A stretch of DNA of 61,819 nucleotides from an uncultured Pseudomonadota bacterium. Lineage in GTDB: Bacteria > Pseudomonadota > Alphaproteobacteria > RF32 > CAG-239. Positions 1 to 11,084 of the stretch are shown piece after piece. Position 1 is the first letter of the stretch. Each line of letters begins with the position of its first letter. The position numbers and the translations under genes are program-made. Where the stretch lies: the NCBI GenBank assembly GCA_949300375.1, contig CASGEB010000009.1:1-61819 (forward strand), read 5' to 3'. A model generated the notes under the pieces. That model ran no database searches, had not been told where the DNA came from, and saw only the letters and a list, made by a program, of their open reading frames with translations.

Positions 1-1
1 T

Positions 2-562
2 TATTCCAGCGAAACCGGATGTTCCTGCGGAACTTATTCCTGCTCTGACGGCTGCGGCGGAACAAGAAAATGTTGTTCTTCCTGTCCCGACCCCGAACCA
101 GAGCCGGATCCTACGCCAAGCTGCACGCATTCAACCCACAAAAGCTGCTCTTACGGCTGCGCATCTTATTGCCCTTGTTGTTCCGCCTGCAAAACCTGCA
201 AATCCGCTCCGCCTATTGAGGACGATGATGAAGAGGATACCACGCCTGTCGACCCCTGCGCCGGCGTATCCTGCCCAACAGCAAAAACTTGCTCTAACGG
301 TTGTGCAAGCAGTTCAACTGCTACAAGCTGCTGCCCGTCCGTATGCACTTCGTGCAAACCATGTTACATATGCTATGGGACTTGTTATGATGAACCTATG
401 TCTGAATGTGCCGGTTCTTGCTACCCGAGTGGCTGGTCTTGCATTGACTATCCGGAATGGGAAGATCCCAGCTCTCCTGGGGCTGGAAACGCCACTTGGT
501 ATTATTGCGCCTGTCCGCCCGGATATAAAAATATGAGCGATTGCAGTTGTTCTCTGCAATAA
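2..562 (+). CDS. Cysteine-rich protein, 3' part (5' end outside the window)
   Basis: My own translation of frame +2 (not in the ORF track because it has no start codon): YSSETGCSCGTYSCSDGCGG...CPDPEPEPDPTPSC...EDDDEED...WYYCACPPGYKNMSDCSCSLQ*. It is open for 186 codons with 33 Cys and stops at TAA 560-562. Confidence 0.85.
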   Translation, partial: YSSETGCSCGTYSCSDGCGGTRKCCSSCPDPEPEPDPTPSCTHSTHKSCSYGCASYCPCCSACKTCKSAPPIEDDDEEDTTPVDPCAGVSCPTAKTCSNGCASSSTATSCCPSVCTSCKPCYICYGTCYDEPMSECAGSCYPSGWSCIDYPEWEDPSSPGAGNATWYYCACPPGYKNMSDCSCSLQ

Positions 563-568
563 AGCTCT

Positions 569-598
569 AAAAAATCCTCGGCCTTGCACCGGGGATTT
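569..598. terminator. Hairpin between the convergent Cys-rich gene and pgeF
   Basis: aaatcctcgg-ccttgca-ccggggattt inverted repeat with an A-tract on the left. Confidence 0.55.
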
Positions 599-605
599 GG
601 CTAAA

Positions 606-1367
606 CTACAACCTGATAAGCGAAGCCTGGCAGGGAAAATCTTTCGGATCCCCTGCCAGTCCCTGATGACAATTACGGCGGTAGCTGAAATAATGCTTTT
701 CCTCTTGATAGGTATCAATTCCCGATACTGTAATATTTTTAATGCCGTATTGTCCCAAACGGAATTTAACCAGCCCCTCCAAATCAAATTGAAAATGGGC
801 ATTATCCTTTCCGGGAGCAAAAAAACGTTCATACAAAGGACTAACCGCTGTGCATTCCTCTTTCACTTCTGCCCCGACTTCAAATGACGGCTGTTGAATA
901 CACGGACCGAGCGCTGCGGCAATACATTCCGGCGCAGCCCCTTTCTTAAGCATTAAATCCAACGTATTTTCCAACACGCCGCGAACAGCGCCGCGCCAGC
1001 CGGCATGAGCCACCGCAATCACGCCATGCTCATAATCCGCCATCAACACCGGCGTACAATCGGCAGTAAACAGACCAAGTACCATTCCGGGCGTTTTTGT
1101 TACAACGCCGTCCGCCGCAATCTTTCCGATCGACGCTTCTTCGGCAAAATAAACATCCGTGCCTGACTGCTGCGCCAACACCATCAGATTCTCAAATTTG
1201 CCGCCGACGGTTTCAACCGCAATCCTCCGGTTTTCATCAACCCGGGCAGCAATATCCCCACACATTTTTCGCACGTTCAGACTGGCATATTTACCTTCCG
1301 AAACACCGCCTTCGCGCCCCAAAAAGCAATGCCGTTCCGCCGGCAGATTCGCCGCCCGGTAGCTCAT
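606..1367 (-). CDS. pgeF: PgeF/YfiH family (laccase-domain / purine nucleoside phosphorylase-like) protein
   Basis: Motifs ADGVVT, TADCTPVL, HAGWRG, GPCI, YFSYRR. Overlaps the deoB stop by 4 bp. Confidence 0.9.
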   Translation of the reverse strand: MSYRAANLPAERHCFLGREGGVSEGKYASLNVRKMCGDIAARVDENRRIAVETVGGKFENLMVLAQQSGTDVYFAEEASIGKIAADGVVTKTPGMVLGLFTADCTPVLMADYEHGVIAVAHAGWRGAVRGVLENTLDLMLKKGAAPECIAAALGPCIQQPSFEVGAEVKEECTAVSPLYERFFAPGKDNAHFQFDLEGLVKFRLGQYGIKNITVSGIDTYQEEKHYFSYRRNCHQGLAGDPKDFPCQASLIRL

Positions 1368-2581
1368 TTGCCCTCCCGCGTCAAAAAAGATGTCCCATAC
1401 TTCATTTTCTCCAGTCCGAAATATTCGGCAATTGTCTGCGCAATATCGGCAAATGTCCGGCGATGCCCGATAAATTCGGATTTTATCTTTTTGCCGAACA
1501 TAATAACCGGCACAAACTCGCGCGTATGATCCGTTCCGGCATAGGTCGGGTCATTACCGTGGTCAGCCGTAATAAAAACAATATCATCGTCTCGCAAAAC
1601 CTGTTCGATTTCCGGCAAACGGCTGTCAAAATATTCCAGCCCGCCGGCATAGCCTGCCACATCGCGGCGATGTCCCCATAACATATCAAAATCCACAAAA
1701 TTAGTAAAAACAATGCTGCCGCCGGGAACATTTTTAACCTCGTTAAGAGTCACGTTCCACAGTTCTTCCAATCCGCTGGCTTTCAGTTCTTTAGTCGTTC
1801 CCTGATGCGCATAAATATCACCGATTTTTCCGATGGCAACCACATTGCCGCCGGCATTTTTAACCTTGTCCAATATCGTCTCATCCGGCGGTGTTACCGA
1901 ATAGTCATGACGGTTTTTGGTTCGCACAAATTCGCCGGCCTTTTCTCCGACAAACGGACGGGCGATAATCCGGGCAATCCGATAAGGTTTAACTGCCTCA
2001 AAAGCAACCTCGCAAAGTTTATACAGGCGTTCCAGCCCAAAATATTTTTCATGCGCGGCAATCTGCAGACAACTGTCGGCAGAAGTATAAAAAATCGGTT
2101 TTCCGGTTTTGATATGTTCGTCGCCCAGCTCCTGGATGATGACTGTACCCGACGCTGCCTTATTGCCGAGAATCCCGTCTATACCGGCCTTTTGACAAAT
2201 CTCCGAAACCAACTCCGGCGGAAAAGACGGATAATCGGGTTTAAAATATCCCCATTCAAACAAAACCGGCACGCCGGCCATTTCCCAATGTCCGGAAGAC
2301 GTATCTTTGGCATGGCTGATCTCCTGCATAAAACCAAATTTTGCTTCCACCGACATTTTTGCCGGCGGCTGCACACCGAGCGGCGGAAAATATCCGCAGG
2401 CGGCTTTGGAAATCTCCGCCAGACCGAGATGCACCAGATTCGGAATTTTCAAACCCTGGTTTACCGTTGCAATATGGATAAAAGTATTGGCTCCGATATT
2501 GTCAAACTTGTCTGCGTCCGGCGCCTCTCCGACCCCGAATGAATCCATCATCAAAATGATCACTCTACCGTTTTTATTCAT
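1364..2581 (-). CDS. deoB: Phosphopentomutase
   Basis: DSFGVGEAPDA, KDTSSGHWE, YTSADS, FVDFDMLWGHRRD, TADHGNDPT, TDHTRE motifs. Confidence 0.95.
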   Translation of the reverse strand: MNKNGRVIILMMDSFGVGEAPDADKFDNIGANTFIHIATVNQGLKIPNLVHLGLAEISKAACGYFPPLGVQPPAKMSVEAKFGFMQEISHAKDTSSGHWEMAGVPVLFEWGYFKPDYPSFPPELVSEICQKAGIDGILGNKAASGTVIIQELGDEHIKTGKPIFYTSADSCLQIAAHEKYFGLERLYKLCEVAFEAVKPYRIARIIARPFVGEKAGEFVRTKNRHDYSVTPPDETILDKVKNAGGNVVAIGKIGDIYAHQGTTKELKASGLEELWNVTLNEVKNVPGGSIVFTNFVDFDMLWGHRRDVAGYAGGLEYFDSRLPEIEQVLRDDDIVFITADHGNDPTYAGTDHTREFVPVIMFGKKIKSEFIGHRRTFADIAQTIAEYFGLEKMKYGTSFLTREGK

Positions 2582-2650
2582 AAGCTTCGCCTTTCAATAT
2601 TACCTTGCCGGATTATATGCCCACGCACCGTTCCGGTCAACCTTGGTCAT

Positions 2651-2684
2651 AAAAAAATCCCCGCAGCAAAAAGCGCGGAGATTT
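2651..2684 (-). terminator. Rho-independent terminator of the atp operon
   Basis: aaatccccgc...gcggagattt stem followed by a U-tract on the minus strand, just after atpC. Confidence 0.6.
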
Positions 2685-2698
2685 CAAACAGGAAAAAT

Positions 2699-3073
2699 TT
2701 AACGATTCAACAAAGTCAGCTTATCAATAATCATCTGATAAAAATCTTTGTCGTCCTGATGAGCCGCCTCGTCCCTTTTTTCCGTCGCCCGGGCAATGTC
2801 AATATTATCAAAAGCCACAACTTTCTCAGCCGAAACCGCACACCTGTTGCGGGCAATATCCGCTACGCCGCCTTTAATAAAATAACGCTCCTGAGGTTTG
2901 TTGTCTTTGTCAAGCACCTGAAGCAGGCCGTTTGTCAACAAAACAAGCGTCGGCGCCCGGTCGGGAAGAATGGTGATATCCCCGTTTGCCGCCGGCAAAA
3001 CCACTTTGGCAACCGCCGCCGTCATTGAAATTTTATATGGCCGCGACAAGCGGAAAATAATCTCATTTCTCAT
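2699..3073 (-). CDS. atpC: ATP synthase F1 epsilon subunit
   Basis: VVLPAANGDITILPDRAP and YFIKGG resemble the epsilon N-terminal domain; last gene of the atpHAGDC order. Confidence 0.85.
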   Translation of the reverse strand: MRNEIIFRLSRPYKISMTAAVAKVVLPAANGDITILPDRAPTLVLLTNGLLQVLDKDNKPQERYFIKGGVADIARNRCAVSAEKVVAFDNIDIARATEKRDEAAHQDDKDFYQMIIDKLTLLNR

Positions 3074-3134
3074 CTTCTTTTCCTTTTTTACTACTCAGAC
3101 CAAATCTGCTTTTTTCAGCCGGTTTTCGTATCTG

Positions 3135-4814
<1,680 letters not shown>

Positions 4815-4849
4815 CTATAAACCGTTTGTTATTTATAATAATTTTTTTT

Positions 4850-5255
4850 TAAACCATCGTAAAACCGCTCTAATCTTTCCTCTTTTAGTCTGCTTTTAGA
4901 GAGATAGACAAAGTGGTTTCTAGATGTGAGAAAAATTTTAGTGTACACAGAAGTACATGAATTTTTCGAACCATCGTAAAACCGCTTTAGATACCCTATA
5001 AAAGCGGACTAATAATTTTGTTTTAGAGGAGCAGATAAAGTAATTTTTGAAGGCGAAAAAAATTCTAGTGTACACAAAAGTACATGAATTTTTTGAGACC
5101 GAGCAAAATTGCTCTACGCTTTCCTCTTTTAGTCTGCTTTTAGAGAGATAGATAAAGTGGTTTCTAGATGTGAGAAAAATTTTAGTGTACACAGAAGTAC
5201 ATGAATTTTTCGAACCATCGTAAAACCGCTTTAGATACTCTATAAAAGCGGACTA
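4850..5255. repeat. Array of ~125-bp imperfect palindromes (RPE-like miniature elements)
   Basis: Near-identical direct repeats at 4875-5011 and 5119-5255 (2 mismatches). Each has ends tagtctgctttta/taaaagcggacta and a central gtgtac-acagaa-gtacatga. A diverged unit lies at ~5020-5127 and a partial unit at ~4850-4885. Confidence 0.85.
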
Positions 5256-6173
5256 TATTGCTTCTGCGCCTGAAATAATCTCAGTCAATTCCGTCGTAAT
5301 CGCGGTTTGACGGATTCTGTTATATTTCAGGGTCAGACGGGAAATCATATCTTTGGCATTGCGCGTCGCATTATCCATAGAGGTCATCCGCGCGCCATGC
5401 TCCGAAGCCTGCGAATGGACAACCGCCTGAAACAAACTGGCCTTAAACATCAGCGGTAAAAGTCCTGCCAGCAGTTCCATTTTGTCAGGCTCATAATCAT
5501 AAAACGCGCCACGAACAACATTCGTCGGCAGATTAAGTTTGTTATACTCAAAATCCTCAATCTTCACCGGCAAAATCGAACTGATTTTTACCTGACGGCT
5601 GATTGCCGAAACAAAATAGCTGAACACCGCCTCACAGCAATCAATTTCGCCTTTGTCATAGGCGGCCAAAATCTGCCGGGCAATATCAGATGCCTCATAA
5701 TATTTGGCACCTTTGCTGCCTAATCCTTCCAACGTTTCGACAATCAGTCCGGCATACTTGCGTTTCAGAATATCCCGTCCTTTCTTACCGATGCAAAAAA
5801 CCTTAACTTTTTTGCCTTCCGCCAACAGTTCCTCAATCCGTTTGACCGCGGCTCTGGCCACATTGCTGTTAAAACCGCCGCACAAACCGCGATCGGATGT
5901 GAAAACAATCAAAAGATAAGTTTCATCCTTGCCTGTTCCGCGCAAGAGTTTGGGATAAATATAGCTGACGCCCCTTGCCGTTTCTTCCTGCTTGAGTTCA
6001 AAATAAACCCGGTTGGCAGAAGAAACGAGGTTATTGTTGTAGAAAGACGACTTCTCTATCAAACCCTGAGCCCGGCGCAGGCGGGAAGCTGCCACCAGTT
6101 TCATCGCCGACGTAATTTTCTGCGTCGATTTGATGGATTCAATCCGAGTGCGTAATTCTTTCAAACCTGCCAT
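5253..6173 (-). CDS. atpG: ATP synthase F1 gamma subunit
   Basis: KITSAMKLVAAS, SDRGLCGGFN, RQTAITTELTEIISGA. Confidence 0.98.
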   Translation of the reverse strand: MAGLKELRTRIESIKSTQKITSAMKLVAASRLRRAQGLIEKSSFYNNNLVSSANRVYFELKQEETARGVSYIYPKLLRGTGKDETYLLIVFTSDRGLCGGFNSNVARAAVKRIEELLAEGKKVKVFCIGKKGRDILKRKYAGLIVETLEGLGSKGAKYYEASDIARQILAAYDKGEIDCCEAVFSYFVSAISRQVKISSILPVKIEDFEYNKLNLPTNVVRGAFYDYEPDKMELLAGLLPLMFKASLFQAVVHSQASEHGARMTSMDNATRNAKDMISRLTLKYNRIRQTAITTELTEIISGAEAI

Positions 6174-6185
6174 AACCTGCCTCTC

Positions 6186-7736
6186 TTACGCTGCCTTTTC
6201 CTCACCGAGATATTCTGCCAGAAAACCGTCATAAAAGGCTTTAAGGGCACTCTCGGTATCTTCGGAAATAATCCTGTCTTTTCTGATACTTTCCAAAAGT
6301 TTCGGCTGATTTGCCTTCAAAGACGCAATGGCTTTTTTCTCAAAATCCTGCACTTCTTTAATGGCAATTTTATCCAAATATCCTTTGACACCGGCAAAAA
6401 TCGCCACGACTTCTTCTTCAACCGGCATCGGATGATTAACCGGCTGTTTCAAAAGTTCGGTCAGACGGGCTCCGCGCGCCAGCAGATTCTGCGTAGATGC
6501 ATCCAAATCGGAAGCAAACTGTGCAAACGCCGCCATTTCGCGATACTGAGCCAATTCCAATTTGATAGAACCGGCAACCTGTTTCATGGCCTTAATCTGC
6601 GCGGCAGACCCCACACGACTGACGGAAATGCCGACATTTACGGCCGGACGCACGCCCTGAAAGAACAAATTGGTCTCCAAAAAAATCTGCCCGTCGGTAA
6701 TTGAAATCACATTGGTCGGAATATAAGCCGAAACGTCTCCGGCCTGGGTTTCAATAACCGGCAGTGCGGTCAGAGAACCGGCGCCTTCTTCGTCGCTCAT
6801 TTTAGCCGCACGCTCCAGCAAACGCGAATGCAGATAAAAGACGTCGCCCGGATAAGCTTCACGCCCCGGCGGGCGGCGAAGAAGCAAAGACATCTGGCGA
6901 TAAGCCGTCGCCTGTTTGGACAGGTCGTCATAAAAGATAACGGCATGCATACCGTTGTCGCGGAAATACTCGCCCATTGCGCATCCGGAATACGGAGCCA
7001 GATACTGCATCGGCGCTGAATCCGACGCCGTTGCGGCCACGACAATGGTATAATCCATCGCGCCGTGATCCCGCAAAGTTTTAACAACCTGGGCAACGGT
7101 AGAACGTTTTTGTCCTACCGCAACATAAATACAATACAATTTATCTTTTTCCGATTTTGCTTTATCGTTAATCGACTTCTGGTTCAAAATCGTATCAATG
7201 ATAATGGATGTTTTTCCGGTCTGGCGGTCGCCGATGATAAGTTCGCGCTGGCCGCGGCCGATTGGAATAAGGCTGTCAATTATCTTCAAACCGGTCTGCA
7301 TCGGTTCATGAACGCTGCGGCGTGCAATAATGCCCGGAGCCTTAACTTCAGACATGCTGTACTCAGCGGCTTTAATCTCGCCTTTGCCGTCAATCGGTTT
7401 TCCGAGTGCATCAACCACGCGTCCGAGCAGTTCTTTGCCGACCGGAACGCTGACGATGCTGTCCGTTCTTTTAACCATATCGCCTTCGCGGATAAATTCG
7501 TCCGAACCGAAAATAACCACACCGACATTGTCTTCCTCCAGGTTCAGAGCCATTCCCTTAACACCGCTGGAAAATTCTACCAGTTCGCCGGCCTGAACTT
7601 TTTCCAAGCCATAAACTCGTGCAATTCCATCACCGACAGACAAAACCTGCCCGACTTCGGCCACATCGGCCATAATGTCGGAACCTTCGATTTTTTCTTT
7701 GATAATGGAAGATATCTCGCTGACGTTTACAGACAT
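6186..7736 (-). CDS. atpA: ATP synthase F1 alpha subunit
   Basis: [31 protein letters not shown]. Confidence 0.98.
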   Translation of the reverse strand: MSVNVSEISSIIKEKIEGSDIMADVAEVGQVLSVGDGIARVYGLEKVQAGELVEFSSGVKGMALNLEEDNVGVVIFGSDEFIREGDMVKRTDSIVSVPVGKELLGRVVDALGKPIDGKGEIKAAEYSMSEVKAPGIIARRSVHEPMQTGLKIIDSLIPIGRGQRELIIGDRQTGKTSIIIDTILNQKSINDKAKSEKDKLYCIYVAVGQKRSTVAQVVKTLRDHGAMDYTIVVAATASDSAPMQYLAPYSGCAMGEYFRDNGMHAVIFYDDLSKQATAYRQMSLLLRRPPGREAYPGDVFYLHSRLLERAAKMSDEEGAGSLTALPVIETQAGDVSAYIPTNVISITDGQIFLETNLFFQGVRPAVNVGISVSRVGSAAQIKAMKQVAGSIKLELAQYREMAAFAQFASDLDASTQNLLARGARLTELLKQPVNHPMPVEEEVVAIFAGVKGYLDKIAIKEVQDFEKKAIASLKANQPKLLESIRKDRIISEDTESALKAFYDGFLAEYLGEEKAA

Positions 7737-8290
7737 TATTGTCCACCTTTCATTATGTGTTCAAGACGATTCAGTTTTGCCAGGATAGTATCATCTATCA
7801 TGTTTGAACCGAATTTAATCTGCAGTCCACCCAAGATTTCCGGACAGACTTGATAATTAATCAAAACTTTCTGATTAAGCATTTTTTCCAAAGCAGCCTG
7901 CAGTTTTTTGTTCTGAGCCGGATTAAGAGGTTTTACGGCCTTCACTTGCACCTCGGCAATCCCGGCGCATTTATTGGCATAATGCTCAAATTCTTCCAAA
8001 ATAGATGCAAACTCTGCAAAACGTCCGTTTTCAGCCAAAATATCAAGGCAGCTTAACGTTTCGCGGTCAAGTTTCAGCTTATGCACAATCTGCTTTAAGG
8101 TATCTTTTTTAATTTGCGTTTCAATAATCGGATTCGCAAAAAACTTAACAAAATCAGGCAGCGCCGAAATCTCGGACAACAGCAGCGCCACATCTTTTTT
8201 AACCTTTTCAAGAACCTTCTTTTCTGCCGCCGCCTCATACAAAGCAATGGCATAAATAGAAGCTACTTTAGATTTTGAACGTTTTTTCAC
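7736..8290 (-). CDS. atpH: ATP synthase F1 delta subunit
   Basis: [18 protein letters not shown]...IDDT; first gene of the operon. Confidence 0.93.
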   Translation of the reverse strand: MKKRSKSKVASIYAIALYEAAAEKKVLEKVKKDVALLLSEISALPDFVKFFANPIIETQIKKDTLKQIVHKLKLDRETLSCLDILAENGRFAEFASILEEFEHYANKCAGIAEVQVKAVKPLNPAQNKKLQAALEKMLNQKVLINYQVCPEILGGLQIKFGSNMIDDTILAKLNRLEHIMKGGQ

Positions 8291-8504
8291 TTTTAAACAC
8301 TCGCAAAATCAATCCAATCTGGAAATTATAATATATAGCAATTTCTTTCTAATTTATTAACATTTGAGCCAATTTCCAAGCCCTTATTTTCAAATTTCCA
8401 GCAAAACGAATCCTGCCTGCGATTCGCTGAAAATAAAAATATTTTTTACGAACCTTTTTTTCCACATTTCACCCGATTTTCCGATTCTTTTTTCATTTTT
8501 TCTT

Positions 8505-8567
8505 TAGCCAAAATCCTCCCCCTGTTTTTCAATAATGCTTGACACACAAGCTTTGCTGTGTTATAGT
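8505..8567 (+). promoter_or_regulatory. Conserved cassette promoter, copy 1 (sigma70-like plus upstream boxes)
   Basis: GCCAAAAT at 8507, TTTTCA at 8526, TTGACA 8539-8544, 17-bp spacer, TATAGT 8562-8567. Confidence 0.8.
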
Positions 8568-8636
8568 AATCTTGATGTTGTTCCGAGGAGTTGTTTCGGA
8601 GCGGCATCCACATCTCCTGCTGTCTCCGGATGTTTT

Positions 8637-8980
8637 GTTTTAATGGTCATCCTCGGGCGGCTGGTTTTAATGGTCATCCCCGGGCGGCTGGTTACTTTAC
8701 GGTCATCCCCGGGCTTGACCCGGGGATCCACAGGCAACGGCAGGGGTTGTGAATAACATAACACCCGTCATTGCCGGACTTGCCCTGCTCGGCAGAGTTG
8801 GTGAATGGCAAAGGACTTTAAAAGCATTGTCATCCTCGGGGCGGCTTGTTTTAATTGTCATCCCCGGGCTGCGACCCGGGGATCCAAATGAACAATAAAG
8901 CCTTATGATTGACCTGGATTCTCGGATCACACCCTCAGGGTGACGCCAAGTGGATTGCCGGGTCAAGCCCGGCAATGACA
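8637..8980. repeat. Cluster of GTCAT...ATCCA REP-like palindromes and half-units in the cassette leader
   Basis: Full units at 8702-8730, 8857-8886 and inverted 8951-8980; variant at 8915-8946; 27-bp tandem half-units gttttaatggtcatcc[t/c]cgggcggctg at 8637-8690. Confidence 0.85.
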
Positions 8981-9015
8981 TAAGAAAAGAATTTTTATAA
9001 GGGAGGAGACCGAAA

Positions 9016-10512
9016 ATGAAAAACACTATGCTACACATGAAACTAAACGCTGCGGTGTCGGTATTTTCCATCGCCGCCGCTTTCTCGGTCTTTCTCCCAG
9101 CCTCTAATGCCTATGGTGGAATCTGTTTCTTGCCCGACTGTAATTTAGACTTACCATCATATGACGATGTCAACTCAGATTCTTCCTGGTGTCTGGACAA
9201 CGGTTATTACTTCTCTTGTCCGGACGGAACCTCTCCTGATTATTCTCAAACCTGCCCGCGTGATGAGAGTTATACCAAATGTTCTGCCGAACAATGGTGC
9301 AAAGACCAAGGATATGACAAAACAGAAGAATATTGCCGAAGTTTGGGAGACACCTGGTATGCCGACAAGGACACCAAATGTCCGAATGGTCAGAATTTAT
9401 ATAAAGAATGTGTCGAAGACACCGCCCAGGCCTGTGAGGACAAAGGTTATGTCAACAACTGTTCCCGTCCCGACAAGACCGAACTCTGCGAATGGAACTC
9501 TTCCTTTGCAAAATGCTGCAACGACACCGAATCAAACGGATGTCCCGAGAACTCGAAAGTTTCCGGCTGTGAAAACGGCACGATTGTCGGACAGGACACC
9601 TGCGGTTATGACTGTCATCAATGTTGTCAAACCTCCTGTCCGGCCGGTTATGCCTATACCGATGAACAAACTTCCGGCGGCACAAGCGGATATATCAAAG
9701 ACGGGGATGATTACTGTCTGCATTGCACGCGCGGAAAACTATATAAACGGAAAGAAAACCCCTGCACCGGTTATGACCTCTGCTCCGGTTATGGCGGGGT
9801 TGATAACGGGGACTATTGCTACACAGGTAACACAAAAAAATACTCAAAATGCCGCGAAGAATGTTTGCCGGGATATATTGAATGGTGCGACGCGCCGATA
9901 ACCGATTGCGAAAAGTTGGGATACAAAAAAACAGTTTCTCAATGCAACGGAAAATTTTCTTTCACCTGTCCGTTTAACAAAGACAAAGTTTTCTGCGCGG
10001 ATGATTGCAGCTATACTTTCACGGCATCTGACTGTGCCAGCCAAAACAAAAATATTGGTTCACAATCATGCACTCGAAACGGGACAACCTATTATGCCTC
10101 TTGTGGAACGACTTGCACAAACGGAAACTGTACATCCACACCTTCACAATCAGAATGCAACTACGTCTATTTGGCGTCAGATTGCGCCAACCAATGCAAA
10201 GATGTTGGGAGCAAATCATGTACCCGTGATGGAAAAACTTACTATGAAAGCTGTGGCAACACCAAATGTGCTGAAGACAAGCTCTGCAATGATAAAGGAA
10301 GCTGTATTACGCCATGGTACGGATATTGCTGCGATGATGTAGGATCCTGTGATACAACATTTTGCAAAGCATATAATTATCCGGATTGCAGCGATGTCAT
10401 AAACAGCTGTAAAAGCTTGGGAAGAACACCGAAATTTGACCGCTGTACCCAATCAGCCTCTGCTCATGTTGCAATATATACATGTGAAAAAGAATACCAA
10501 TGCTACATCTAA
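9016..10512 (+). CDS. Secreted cysteine-rich modular protein (long N-region + A + B + B + C modules)
   Basis: RBS gggagg at 9001; hydrophobic signal peptide ending ASNAYG; dense Cys; paralogue of 41518-42777. Confidence 0.9.
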   Translation: MKNTMLHMKLNAAVSVFSIAAAFSVFLPASNAYGGICFLPDCNLDLPSYDDVNSDSSWCLDNGYYFSCPDGTSPDYSQTCPRDESYTKCSAEQWCKDQGYDKTEEYCRSLGDTWYADKDTKCPNGQNLYKECVEDTAQACEDKGYVNNCSRPDKTELCEWNSSFAKCCNDTESNGCPENSKVSGCENGTIVGQDTCGYDCHQCCQTSCPAGYAYTDEQTSGGTSGYIKDGDDYCLHCTRGKLYKRKENPCTGYDLCSGYGGVDNGDYCYTGNTKKYSKCREECLPGYIEWCDAPITDCEKLGYKKTVSQCNGKFSFTCPFNKDKVFCADDCSYTFTASDCASQNKNIGSQSCTRNGTTYYASCGTTCTNGNCTSTPSQSECNYVYLASDCANQCKDVGSKSCTRDGKTYYESCGNTKCAEDKLCNDKGSCITPWYGYCCDDVGSCDTTFCKAYNYPDCSDVINSCKSLGRTPKFDRCTQSASAHVAIYTCEKEYQCYI

Positions 10513-10537
10513 ACCGGCATTCTATGGGAGAAAGATA

Positions 10538-11059
10538 ATGAAAAAAGACTTATTATCAGCTGCTATCGCTATATTAACCGTCACAACGGCTTCTAATGTC
10601 CGTGCAGCTTGTACTTCTACTCCGGACTGCAAATCTATGGGATACATTTACACTGTTGAAGAATGTTCCGGAAGTTATATAGCCTGCCCTTTTGATACCT
10701 CTAAAGTCTTTTGCTTTGACCCTTGTCTGTATACACTAAAGGCAGATAATTGCCCGGCATCACAAGGAAAAAGACCGGGTACACAATCTTGTATCAGAGG
10801 AGGAACAGTTTACTACGCAAATTGTGAAAATCTTTGTGATACTTTTGAAACCTATATTAATGGAACCTGTGTCCCAACAGTCTGCTGTGACAACACCAGT
10901 ACGTCAGAATATATTGATTCCGGCCTCTCCCTTTGTCGTAACACCTATAATTATCCGGACTGTACTTACCTTTTTGCCAGCTGCCGCAATGCTGGAGGAA
11001 CTGTTAAATACAATCACTGTATGCACCCTGGAATGGCCTCATTTAATTGTGAAAAATAA
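10538..11059 (+). CDS. Secreted cysteine-rich protein (A + B + divergent C)
   Basis: Start revised to MKKDLL (RBS gggag); signal peptide ending SNVRA; CTSTPDCKSMGY...ACPFD module; YPDC. Confidence 0.88.
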   Translation: MKKDLLSAAIAILTVTTASNVRAACTSTPDCKSMGYIYTVEECSGSYIACPFDTSKVFCFDPCLYTLKADNCPASQGKRPGTQSCIRGGTVYYANCENLCDTFETYINGTCVPTVCCDNTSTSEYIDSGLSLCRNTYNYPDCTYLFASCRNAGGTVKYNHCMHPGMASFNCEK

Positions 11060-11084
11060 CTTATATACTAAAGGGAATAAAAAA

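Noticed and set aside
4850-5255. CRISPR array or coding ORF 4938-5192
   Set aside because: The units are ~125-bp palindromes, and the ORF merely translates the repeat.
8637-8730. 27-bp repeats as a CRISPR array
   Set aside because: The units are directly tandem without unique spacers, they are REP halves, and there are no cas genes.
8535-9071. Short ORFs over the cassette leader
   Set aside because: Translations of REP palindromes (SSPGLTRGS-type peptides) with no independent coding evidence.
9161-9901. Thr/Pro-rich alternative-frame ORFs (also 41615-42367 and 43101-43556)
   Set aside because: Frame shadows of the Cys-rich genes caused by codon bias; the Cys frame has the RBS, signal peptide and conserved modules.
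9016-10512. Multiheme cytochrome, ferredoxin or RiPP precursor identity for the Cys-rich proteins
   Set aside because: There is no regular CxxCH or CxxCxxC ferredoxin pattern (only an isolated GYDCH/CLHC) and no modification enzymes nearby; the signal peptides favour disulfide-bonded exported proteins.
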